From: Podarcis liolepis
Lineage: Eukaryota
Assembly (NCBI GenBank): GCA_965112155.1
Contig: OZ218107.1
Direction: 5' to 3' (one strand)
DNA length: 64,000 bases
Position numbers and translations under genes: made by a program. Below, in pieces: positions 1 to 10,840 of the stretch. The notes under the pieces are model-generated. The model was given only the letters and a program-made list of their open reading frames with translations, had not been told where the DNA came from and ran no database searches. Position 1 is the stretch's first letter. Each line of letters opens with the position of its first letter.

Positions 1-1805
1 GTGACGTATTTCCTTTTCCTTGAAAAATACCTCCAGAGCAGACCCAGTAAACTGTGACCCTCGGTCGCTCTTGAACCCTTGCACCCTGGTGGAGAACCTT
101 AGTTCCACCTCCGCAACCCAATCCTGGATCAGTTGCGCCACCTCCCCCTGTGATTTGAGAGAGAAACACCAGCCAACCTGGCTGTGGTTACCTGTCAGCG
201 ACAGCACATACCTGGCCCCACCCAGACTCTCAGACCTCTTGGGTCCTGACAGATCTGTGTGAACAAGCTCAAAGGGCTCTTTGGTTACTCTCCCAAACCC
301 GGGAAAACCAAGCACCTTTGCACCTTTGCATGCCCTGCACCCTTGGGACCTCCTCCACATTGTGTGATTTTACACCCTTTTGTGCACCTGTGCAACTTTT
401 GCACATCTTTGGGAACCTTAGCACACTGCGCCTGTGCTTTTTCAGCATTCCCACCACCCTCCATAGGTGACTCCAGAACAAAGAAATTGTTCCCCCTCTG
501 CACGTTGACCAGTTGTCTTCCTCCTCTGAAAATGGAACAGGTGTCATTTTCAAAGCACATTTTTGAACCCCTGCTTCGTTAGAGCAGATACAGATAACCG
601 ACAACTATTCAGTCCCGGCACAACGCAGATCTCTAGCTCCTCCTGTGAAGGAGAGAAAAAACACGTTAGCCAATAAAACAATTGTTCCTGTTGAAAACAG
701 CCCTGCAGTTCCGCAGCTTGCCTATCAGATGCTGCCTGATAGCAGAAACCAAAACACCCAGCGTGTCATCGCGTCCTGGCTGGAGTTGTTTTCACAGTTG
801 CCAATAGAAGCAACAAACGTCCCGCTGCCTCCGTCCTTGGCAGCGTCCGAAAACCGCAACATCCTGCGTTGCTCTGAAGACTGGACTTATCTCAGAGTTC
901 CCAGACAACTCTGCAGGCCTTATCTCCCGCTGCAGCAGATGGCTGGCCTTGAAGCCTGGCAATGACGAACTCCAGTGGAAAAATACTGCTCCGGGGCTCC
1001 TCCCAGCTGGCCTCCTTCTCTTTCTTCCGGAAAAGCACTCCTTGCCAGCTCCGGCCCCTCTGAACCTCCACTTCATTCCAGCACGTACAGTGGAAAAACT
1101 TTAAACGTGCCTTTGGAAACCTTCCGCCCCCCCGACCTGCTCAGCAGCACTCCTTGTGGCTACAGCATCAGGGACAGGGGCTCCAGCCATCTTTAGGCTT
1201 TTGTAGTCCTTCTCCAGGGCTCTGGCCTCCTGCTGAAGCTTCACAGCAAACACAGCAGTACATTTCCAAGTGCCAATAGTCCCTTTGCCCCCCCTCTGGG
1301 GCCCACAGCCTTTCCCAGCTGTGCACCGGCTCTCGCGTAGGTGATCAGCGCCATCTTGTCTTTCTGTTCTGAAGCAGCCATCTCCCGGCCCTTGCTTTCC
1401 GCCTCCAGCCTCACAAACACCCTGGAGCGCTGAACGGCCTCTGGCTTCCTGGCACCCAGAACAGTAGACTTCAGATCAGCAGCCAGGTTGCCCAACTTCT
1501 TAAAGTGAGCCTCCCACAGTCCTCCAAGACCTGGCAGCCTGCCATCCTCTTCCGTTCTCCCAAGGGGCCCCAAGCTGTACTCACAAAATCACCAGCTCAT
1601 CCAGCACCCGTCCGGAGAAACGATTCCCTGCTGCTCTCAGCTCCTTGGCTCCACAGCAGTCCTCTGCGTTTTTCAGCCAGCCGCTTTTTTTAGCTCCGCA
1701 GCTCTCCTTGCCTCTTAACACCAGGCAAAAACCAACCACCATCTCCTGCCGAACTTCAAACGCATTCCGACAGCCTCTTGTGACAGTTTTACAAGCGATG
1801 ATGAT

Positions 1806-1813
1806 CCATAACC
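1806..1813 (-). promoter_or_regulatory. Primer-binding site GGTTATGG, complementary to the tRNA(iMet) anticodon arm
   Basis: Directly abuts the LTR terminal CA; matches the first 8 nt of the GGTTATGGGCCC PBS type used by Drosophila copia. Confidence 0.7.
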
Positions 1814-2207
1814 TGTGACTTTTTGGTTATTAGCCGTGACCCCCGCTAATTGATTTACGAACCTCGATTAGCGATATATGGCTGCCCGGTCCGGCGCGCT
1901 TCCCTCAGCTGCGCCACTCAGTCACGGCTCAGCAGAGTTTCACACAGCGGTGTAGAACTGTCACCAGCTTGATTCAGCTTCCAGACAAACACACAGAGTC
2001 CAGTTCGTCTATTCACAGCATTTATTCCAACATTTCCCCCAGGGATTTCCTGGGCTCCTCTCCGCCATTACAGGCTACGTCTTTTCCCCACGGAACACAG
2101 AGTGGGACTGGCTAACTCCTCCCAAACTCCTCCCAGCTTCGAAAGCTGACATCAGAATGCTGAGGCATCATGGGAACAACTTAACCAGTTAAGTTCCAAC
2201 TCCCACA
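1814..2207 (-). repeat. 5' LTR of the copia element (~394 bp)
   Basis: Minus strand begins TGTGGGA and ends GTCACA (TG..CA with TGTG/CACA inverted ends). Internal AATAAA (forward tttatt at 2021). Followed immediately by GGTTATGG. Confidence 0.75.
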
Positions 2208-5200
2208 ACCATTTCATTGTTACTATTCTACTTAATTTTATTGTGTACTTTGATTTCTGTCAACTGCTTTATTTTTAAAAACCAGTACATGCTTTTTTTG
2301 CTTAAAAAGAAGAAGTATATCCAATTATTGTTATGCAGATGTTGTGGCAAAAATACTTGGGCATTACGTTAATCTCTCTCTCTTTAAAGTTTATACATCC
2401 CAAAAATGACAAAAGAAAACATGTTGAAAAAGATGGAAAGAAAAAGGAGAAATCAGGATTGTAATAGCAGGCATAAAATGTAAAGAAACTGTACATTACA
2501 AAAAGAAATCAGAATGCAAACCTTTTTCCTAAAAGAAAGAAAGAAAAAATCTTCAGTCTTTAGAGTATATGATTTAACAAGCTCAAACTAAATTATTTAA
2601 GTTTTAAAGGCTTTCCTAGCTTTCTTTTAAAACATTCTATAAAATAACTTGACTTAATAGGTCTAGTTTTAAGGGTCTTATTCTGAAGGAATAATTACTA
2701 ATAAGGTGTCCCAAATGGACAGTGAGCTGGTTACGCAGAACCAGGGAAAGCAATTTCTGTGGTTCAGGTGCAAGGACAATTACAGCTTTACAAGTCTTCC
2801 TACACAAATAAGGAGCAGTCCAAAAGACCATCTTGCAATGTAATTAGCTCCTATTAAGAGGAGGTATTAGACCACTAAATGAAAGCGGATATGCTAGTAA
2901 TCCAGATTCAAGAAGTGGTATTATTATTTTGCCTTCACCTGCCCTAACTGCAGTAAAACATGTCTCTCCTGTATCGATCTCTACAAGCACAGTGGGCGCT
3001 GTAACACTCCAGTGATTTGACTTTACTTCCAAAGGTGCACTCCTTCCTTGTCTCCCAAGACAAACTGGTGCCAACAACAACATTAAACGACTATACTGTG
3101 GTTTACAACATAAAAGCACAAAAATGCGTAACATAATAACAAACACAAAACAATACCCCGCCCCTGTTTGAAAGCCTATGGATTAAGTAGTCATTTAGCC
3201 AAATTTAATGGTGTTCAACCTTGTGCCACTTTCAGTTAGTTATAATATTGTTAGTATTTGTAAATAGATATCTTATTTACTTTACTGTACCATATATGTC
3301 TATATGTTCATGCAGCTGGAGTTTCCACTACAGTTATGTCATTACTACAATGAAAATGTACGGCTGAAAAGTGATCAGCACTCTAAGGAGAAAAATGTCA
3401 CGTCACAAAAGTATACAAAGGAACATCAATGGATAAGAGAAGCTCTGAAATTGCTTTTTTAAAATATTCCACCAAGGATTGGCAGTTAAAAGTTGCCTTT
3501 TGGTGGTAGCCTGTGTAAAACTAGTTCATGTGAATGGGTTCACTACTCACAGGAGTTCACCACATGTCACCCTTTATACAGGAAACAAAGTGCAATATTA
3601 AAGGATGAGGGAGCATCCAGGTGCCATATTTTTAAAATTTTGCCTTCAAGGTGGTGCTCTGTTTGGGCTCTTTTAAGTGCTTCCACTAGTCAACAGATAA
3701 CAGGTAACAGATGTGTTAAAAAAAAGTCACAGCCTGCCCAGTGCCCCCTCACTTGCCTGCCCCACTCCCTAAGCATGCAATGCCATTTTGGACAGGTGCA
3801 AGCACCAGCAATTCTTTGCAAGCTGAGTAAAGCTGTTTGGGAGACAGAAGTTTGTTGAGGAAGGAGGGAATAAAAGTCTCCCTTCTCTGAAGGAAAAGGA
3901 CCACGGGAAGTGTTGAAGAAAGTTAGAAAGTGAGATAACAGTTTAACATGACTTTTTATTTTTATTTCCTTCTCCACTCCACTCCCAAATAGTGCAATTA
4001 TTTGACAGGACATTTTACTTCCCATAATCTGTGTTCTAAATTGTTGCCGGTCATGGTAAGTTACAAGGAAATTTAAAACACCAGCACACAGATAGAACGT
4101 GTTGAAAAGACACTAAACTGAAGCAAGAGATCAAAAATATAGAAAATGGATTTAAGAGGATGCAACTTGTGATGAAGGACTACATTCTGAAAGAAATTTC
4201 AGCCTACATACATCAAATTCTGTGTTCCCTATTTAGCAAAAATGTCACTGAAGCCAGATGGTTTCTGCTAGCACAACGATTATCAGATTTGTCCCATAAC
4301 AATGCTGCAGACCCCATTATCTTAATCTGATACTGAGACAAAAACACATTTTTCTCTGCCGTATCCATTTCATTACCCTACCTATAGTTTATTCAGAAAT
4401 GAACAACAGAGAAGGTGAACTAATGCCACTGTTGTCTCAAAATATTTGTTTTAACAATTATATTTAAAATGATGAGTTCATAGAACAGGGGAGTCTTCCT
4501 TTTCCCTCAGCTATACTTGCTTGTTCTGTCCTATATTGTTGCAGACTGGTGAACTGTATACTAGTACTACCTTCATGAGAATTTCAGACAGCTGGATTCT
4601 TCTAGGTTTCCTTTCACTGTCTCTGTGTAGTAGCAGGTAACAGTACACAAGGGTGGTGCATCTGTTCTGTGGGCACCCCAAAAAACAAGGTGAATTGGGG
4701 GGGATTCAGGTCATGATCTCACATTCCCAATTGGACTTTGGTGCCAGCAAGATGTCTAGAGGTGGAACAAAGAACCCAAAGGTTATTCATCACCTTATGG
4801 CACTAGTCTTCTTCCCCACGCTCCTTTCCTTTTCCTTTTCTGAGTAATGAAACCAAGCTGGCTGGGGATATGCCTAGAGGGAAGGAGATGTTGGCGGGAC
4901 ATTTCATTTTGACAGACACAGCTAGTTTTTCACAGTAAACTATTTTTCATAGCCACTCCAATCTTAGTAACTTGGAGGAGAGGTGTTGAAGAAGTAGACA
5001 GAGTTGTTTTTCGTGTGGGTCCTTATTCTCCTTCCAGAGTATAGCATAAGAAGCATAGCTAGACTACTAGGGTAGTTGACTTCTTTCTCAAGCATTCTTT
5101 ACCTAACAAACAATTAAAACTAATAGTGCTCACTCTTTTTTGTTCACTGAGATAGGGGGACAGCGATCAGTGAGAAAAATGGACTTAGCCCATTTTTTTA

Positions 5201-5225
5201 TAACAAAGGCAAAATCATGTATCAT

Positions 5226-5532
5226 TGCAAGACGGAAAACTCGCTAGACGAAAGAGTTTTCCGTTTTGGAGGTGCTTCGCAAAACAAATTTCCTATGGGC
5301 TTGCTTTGCAAGACGACAATGTCTTGCGAGTTCCTGCTGTTTTTTTTTCCTTCCCCCCTTTTTCTAAGCCGCTAAGCCGCTTATCAGCTGATCCGATCAG
5401 CAGATAAGCCGCTAAAAGCCGCTAATAGCGCTAATCCGCTAATCCGTCAATGGGCTTGCTTCGCAAGACGAAAAAACCGCTAGACGAAGAGAATCACAGA
5501 ACGGATTCTTTTCGTCTTGCGAGGCACCACTG
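5226..5532. mobile_element. Tc1/mariner (Tigger/pogo-like) MITE, truncated copy
   Basis: Near-identical to 37573-37908; ends GAGGCACCACTG followed by TA. Confidence 0.85.
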
Positions 5533-6021
5533 TATTTGTCTTTGGCAGGTTTCTTATCCAGAGGCACCTGCTTCAGTTTTCAAATGGGTTGCAACAGAAC
5601 CTGGAGGGGTGTGTGATATCTATCCCTGGCCCATTCTGTGTTTTGTGTTTTTAAGTAATAGATTCCCTGCATGAAAACCCCCGAATGGATCTGCCTGGAA
5701 TTTGGTGGGTTTTAATCTACTCCTCAGGCACTTGCTTGCCTGCAGATTTCATCCACTTATGTGGAGAGGGGAGGAGGAGGGGGAAAGAACCATTTTTAGC
5801 TTCTCAATTGGGGATGAAGCAGTTTTCGAATTAACAGACCAGACTCAGACCTAAATAATGACTTGCTTCTAAATGGCTGACATCCATCTGTCTTGGGAGA
5901 CAATGTGCGCCTTCTAGGGTGAAGTGCCTGCTGTGGGTGTGGAGACCAATATGAGCATTGATAAGTAAGAGGTGCTACTGCAGTTTGCAACAGTAGTAAG
6001 AAAACATTTAGATGTGTCTGC

Positions 6022-6170
6022 AAGAACAAAAAAAAGAGCCTGCTGGAGCAGGCCTATGGTCCATCTAGTCTAGCATCCAGTGCCCAACCAGATGCCAGTG
6101 GGAACACAGCAAGCAGGATTTGACCACAACAACACTCTCCCCTGCTTTGGTGTCTAGCAAGTGGTATTTG
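6022..6170. mobile_element. LINE 3'-tail fragment (CR1-like) interrupted by the LTR-like repeat
   Basis: aagaac..aagagcctgctgga.caggcc..ggtccatctagtc.agcatcc pattern; the host sequence resumes as aagcat at 6941. Confidence 0.5.
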
Positions 6171-6936
6171 CGTGTTCAGACCCAGAAACCTCCCCCCTAA
6201 ATAAATTCACACAAGACTCAAATTTTGGTTTGGTTTTTGGCAGAATTTAGGCAACAACTTTATTGATTACAGAAAGTGAGTGGTTGCATAGGCTTGGGTT
6301 CAACTAGCTCCCTGCCTTGCAGGTAGCGCTGACCCAGGGTTCCAGCATAGGTCAGCCAACGGTTGTCCCCCTGGACTCAGGCACCACCACCCAAATGTCC
6401 CCCTGGACTCAGGCATGGGCACAACCCCCTCTCAGGGGTAGACCAAACCATCAAGTCCCTGGATTCCATTAATGGAACACCCTTCACAAAGGGATGGTGA
6501 GAGCGTTCTCCCATCCCTATCACATGAACCAGAGCTTATTCGCAACCTTACAAATTGTGACTATTTGCTACGCAGCAGGCGAAACCCAAATGGCAACAGC
6601 CAATCAGCCAAGTGGGGAAAATTCCTGCCATGCTCCTGTCCCAACGACAGACGACACACAATGGCATAGCAAGGTCAAGCGCAAAGCCCTAAATATAGGG
6701 AGAGGTGGGCGGGTGTTCCAAATGCATGTGCCAAAAGAAGAAGCTCTGGGTCATGTGCATGGGCATAAATAGGTCCCTCAAACAGTTTGGACTGCATCCC
6801 ATTGGCCAGATTGCACCCAGCTTTGAGGGACCTACCAATCGGGTGTTGTGGCTGAACAATAGTACCCACCCACAACACAGGGTGTCGGTTTCCAGGTCTC
6901 ACCGCAATACGTGCCCTCTTTAAGGGAGGACCCGAT
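6171..6936 (-). mobile_element. LTR-like solo repeat, copy 1 (possible DIRS/Ngaro-type)
   Basis: Reverse complement of 8523-9093 plus ~230 extra internal bp. Contains CCAAT boxes and an AATAAA near the 3' end. Flanked by TTTG on both sides (6167-6170, 6937-6940). Confidence 0.7.
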
Positions 6937-7555
6937 TTTGAAGCATTCATCACAAATTGAGCCTCTTTAAGCATATGAAAAGGTGCCCCACATATCTGTC
7001 AGCTTCAAAGAAGTACCTCGGAATTCAAAAGGATCAAGGTCTCCAAGTGCACATGATGAGAAGGGAAATGTCACTACATGTATGCCAAAGAAGAGAAACC
7101 TTTGCGTGTATGACACAGGGCTGGGCGATATCTGGCTTTCAACATCACGATATATCAACAGCTAAACATTGCGGTATTTCAATATATCATGATATCTGAA
7201 ATAAGGCTGGAGCTATGCAGAGGTGAACATGGTAATGTCCTGGCCACTGCTACTACTTATGGGTCTAACTCTAAAACTGATAATATTTTACTTACCTTTA
7301 ACATATTGTTACAACTGTTATGTTATAGTACTACTGTACCAATAATAGCACATTTTCTCTAAGATTAAAGCTGTAGAAGTAATTGGTAGCATTTGATATC
7401 CAAGGTTTCCTAAAAATGTAATTATATTACTAAACAAGAAAAAAGCAAATTCAGTGTCACACTTTTAGATATTCAAATATAATTCACTACTGAGTCTTAG
7501 TTGAATGTATACATCGTACAACCAGTTATTTGATTGTTTGTTAGTTTCCATTTCT

Positions 7556-7751
7556 AAACCAGGCCAAAATAGAAAGAATGGATCGGATAAATTTTAACAG
7601 AACAAAATATAAACAAAATTTATATTTTTATTGCCTGGGAAATTTGCATTTCTTTTATAAACCAGGCCAAACCAGAACGAATGGATAAAATTTAACAGAA
7701 CAAAAATTATTAAATGAAATTTATATTTATTGCAAGGAAAATTTGCATTTT
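7556..7751. repeat. ~100-bp tandem duplication inside the hAT element
   Basis: aaaccaggccaaa..gaatggat..aatttaacagaacaaaa..atttgcattt occurs twice. Confidence 0.75.
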
Positions 7752-7955
7752 GGTCTTCTCTGGCAATAGAGATGTCCTTTGTATTTGAAGAACATTGCCA
7801 GCTGTGCTGAAGACACTTTCACATGGCACACTTGTTCCTGGGATAGCCAAAAACTTCTTTGCAAGCACCTTCAACATTGGGAAGGCTGTCTCATGTGCCT
7901 TACACTACATTAGAGAGCATTCGTCAATGTCCACTCTTGGCATAGCCTTATAGGA
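7730..7955 (-). pseudogene. hAT transposase dimerization-domain remnant
   Basis: Translates ...LM*CKAHETAFPMLKVLAKKFLAIPGTSVPCESVFSTAGNVLQIQRTSLLPEK, matching the hATC motif (WW..FP.L..LA..YL.IPATS..SER.FS.AG..R..L.P); in-frame stop. Confidence 0.85.
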
Positions 7956-8253
7956 GAAAATGGGGAGCATAACGAGGTGGGGGGAGACACAGAAGAGGCT
8001 CAAACAGCAGAGCAGGGTGGTGTTTCTTTCTTTTACTCTGAAGCAACTTGAAAGCCAACAAGCATCTCAATTGTGTATTTCCCTCCTACTTACAACAGGG
8101 GAGGGGAAAGCTGAAGACTGGCAGGGTTAACATGGGGCTGGCAGTGTAGGCTAGGTTAATAAGAAACCCGTGGGCTGCTTCTTCCCCAAAAGAAAGGCAC
8201 ACACAACAAACACTGGGGTTCCCCCCCTTTCATTCTGAAGCAACTTGCAAGCC

Positions 8254-8257
<4 letters not shown>

Positions 8258-8313
<56 letters not shown>
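8258..8313. repeat. (CT)n(CA)n microsatellite
   Basis: Direct reading. Confidence 0.95.
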
Positions 8314-8315
<2 letters not shown>

Positions 8316-8522
8316 AGCGCAAAGCACTGCAGGGCAGCCAGAGCTAAAGAAACATGGGGATATAGAAATGGAGCTCAATAAGCCTCTCTGCACAGCTCCC
8401 TGCACCTCCAAGAAAGTTCCTTGCCATGGCTCCAAACGAAGCACCATCTGGGCACACCAACAGAGGGGGGAGGGAGTAGTCAGGGAGACACAATCACACC
8501 CCCTACAGTACAGTTTTAACAA

Positions 8523-9093
8523 ATCGGGTCCTCCCTTAAAGAGGGCACGTATTGTGGTGAGACCTGGAAAACCGACACCCTGTGTTGTGGGTGGGTACGA
8601 TTGGTCAGCCACAACACCCGATTGGTAGGTCCCTCGTAGCTGGGTGCAATCTGGCCAATGGGACGCAGTCCAAATGGTTCGAGGGACCTATCTATACCCA
8701 GTGGATAGACTCTGGTTCAGGTGGTAGGGATGGGAGAACGCTCTCGCCATCCCTATGTGAAGGGGATTCCGTTAAAGGAATCCAGGGACTTGATGGTTTG
8801 GTCTACCCCTGAGAGGGGGTTGTGCCCATGCCTGAGTCCAGGGGGACATTTGGGTGGCGGAGTTAGCCCATTCCCGGCTTTCTGCTTATCCAGGTGTTCA
8901 CCCTTGGCTGACCTATGCTGGAACCCTGGGTCAGCGCTACCTGCAAGGCAGGGAGCTAGTCAAAACAGAACCTATGCAACCAGTCAGTTTCTGTAATCAA
9001 TAAAGTTGTGGCCTAAGTTCTGCCATAAACCAAAACCAAAATTTGAGTCTTGTGTGAATTTATTTAGGGGGGAGGTCTCTGGGTCTGAACACG
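8523..9093 (+). mobile_element. LTR-like solo repeat, copy 2, nested in the hAT element
   Basis: Inverted relative to 6171-6936; flanked by CAA (8520-8522, 9094-9096); ATTGG/CCAAT boxes; AATAAA at ~8999. Confidence 0.7.
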
Positions 9094-10766
9094 CAAGGGG
9101 CAGACTGCTGCTTACAGAAAATGAAGTGTGACGTGCTTGCTGGGTTAATGAAAACCGCAGTGCTTTTTGCTCCCTGGTGGCTGCTGTTTCACAAAAACAA
9201 ATGCAGCAGATACCCCACCAATGGGAGGGGAGAGGGAGACACACATAGACACTCGCACACCCACAAGCAGTACACACAAATGGGGGGGGGGGTGACAGAA
9301 GAGGGTCAAAGAAAGTTGTCTGTCTGTTTCTTACTAACCCAAGTTTATGTTTTTATGGGGGGAAAGGACTCCAGAAGTTTGAACCTGCAGGTTTCCCCTA
9401 GGTCAACTACCAGCCTGGCTCCTATGAGCAAGAGCCTTGAGAGAAGAAGTCCCTGCTTGCTGGCTGGGTGGCCGGGGAGACGGAGACTGTTCTCAAAGCT
9501 CTGTTTGGCGATATCTGCTGGGCGATATTTGAGTCAGCCTGCTGTAGTGATTTGTAGCCATTTCTTGTTGTTGCAGGAGGCAAGGAAGAGCTGACTTTTT
9601 AATACCACACACACGATATGCAATAAATTGTAAAGTCATTATCACAATTTGATTTAAACCCGATATCAGACAATACATTGATTTATAGCACAGCCCTAGT
9701 ATGGCATTCTGGGTTGCAAAACAATTCTCCAGAGATTACTTTCCATGATGATCCAGACTTTCGTTATCGTATTCTTGCATTGTTTTCATTAGCGAGACCA
9801 CCAATCACATTTTCTTTGACATGAAAAAGCACCACAAGCTATCTGAAGGAAAGAAAGGGATGGAAATGGACCCTGCCAAATCACGTTGCTGTCCTGTCTG
9901 TTGGCTGAGATGGTGAGGGAATCTCACTGAGAATGTGACACATTCTTAAAGGCATCCCAGAACTTGGTTCCCTGCAATGACCCTTCCGCAGACTGTGAAA
10001 TGGAATGCCAAGTGGAATTCCTAGAGTAGGAGCAGCAATGCCAACAGACACTGGGTGTTAAACCTGTCACACACATTTGCCAGCAATTTACTGCTTGCAT
10101 TATGTATCAATTAGTATATCTGTTTGAAATTCTGTGGAGAAAATGCAGTTTCTCACTCCAGATCAGTGCGTAGGTTATCAAGCTGTGTTGGAACAGAAGA
10201 AGGATTGAGTTAGCATTCGTAGCAGGACTCTTTCTGAACCATACCAACATCTGCTGCGTGATCTTGAGTAAACGTTTTTGAGGCTCAGTTTGTTGACTGC
10301 ACAAAAACACTTCAGCAATCTCACACCTACTCCTAGACACGCTATCTTATCAATCAGCACTGGTGACATTTCCTCCAGTGAAGTGTGGACATTGCTAGGC
10401 TCTTTGAGGCAGTAATCATTCGGTTTTGTACGTCCATTTCTGCACCTTTACTCTATTATCACTATTGCTTCCAAACTTTTTGCAGTACTGTGCTGCCCTC
10501 ACCTCAGTGATCTCATTACCTCAGCTCTGCCATTCTCAGGCTCTAGCTGTTTTCAGTCACAATGCACTCAGAATTTCAAAAGTGTCTTTTGCTATAAACA
10601 CATCAATAAAAGGACTATTCTGCATAGCAAAGCCCAGGGCTGACCCAGAATATTTTGCTACTGCAAAGAAAAGAGCAAGATGGCGCCCCACCCATTCTAT
10701 CTACAGAAGCTGACTGGACTAGCAGTTGAATCTTAATAGGATGATGATGATGACAATAATAATAAT

Positions 10767-10804
<38 letters not shown>

Positions 10805-10840
10805 ACCCCGCCCATCTGGCTGGGTTTCCCCAGCCACTCT
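10767..10840. repeat. (TTG)n microsatellite attached to a short L2-like tail (ataccccgcccatctggctggg)
   Basis: Direct reading; a related tail sequence recurs at ~15235-15335. Confidence 0.6.

Larger units (their letters stand above)
1..2207 (-). mobile_element. Ty1/copia LTR retrotransposon, 5' half (LTR-PBS-gag-PR-IN), degenerate; continues past left edge
   Basis: Minus-strand translation of ~1-300 gives EPFELVHTDLSGP..SLGGARYVL..W.F.LK...EV....VE....VQGFKSDRGSQF....FFKEKEIRH (copia integrase core). Upstream: VVPGLNSCRLSVSALTKQG/CFENDTCSI (copia PR-IN linker), decayed protease motif WFLLSGS, gag-like SLKMAGAPVPD. IN follows PR directly (copia order). Stops and frameshifts present. Confidence 0.9.
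7116..9698 (-). mobile_element. hAT DNA transposon internal-deletion derivative with transposase C-terminal remnant
   Basis: TIRs CAGGGCTGGGCGATAT / ATAGCACAGCCCTA; 8-bp TSD GTATGACA (7108-7115) / GTATGGCA (9699-9706). Confidence 0.9.

Noticed and set aside
2300-3160. Minus-strand ORFs 2637-2831 and 2844-3146 as gene or viral fragments
   Set aside because: No recognisable motif; possibly a decayed LINE 5' region but unassignable.
6171-9093. A single DIRS1 element with inverted terminal repeats
   Set aside because: The spacer has no RT or recombinase remnant; copy 2 lies inside an independent hAT with its own TSD, and each copy has its own CAA junctions.
9739-9842. Minus-strand exon with strong acceptor (tttctttccttcag)
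   Set aside because: Stops in all three frames and a weak donor; cannot be supported as coding.
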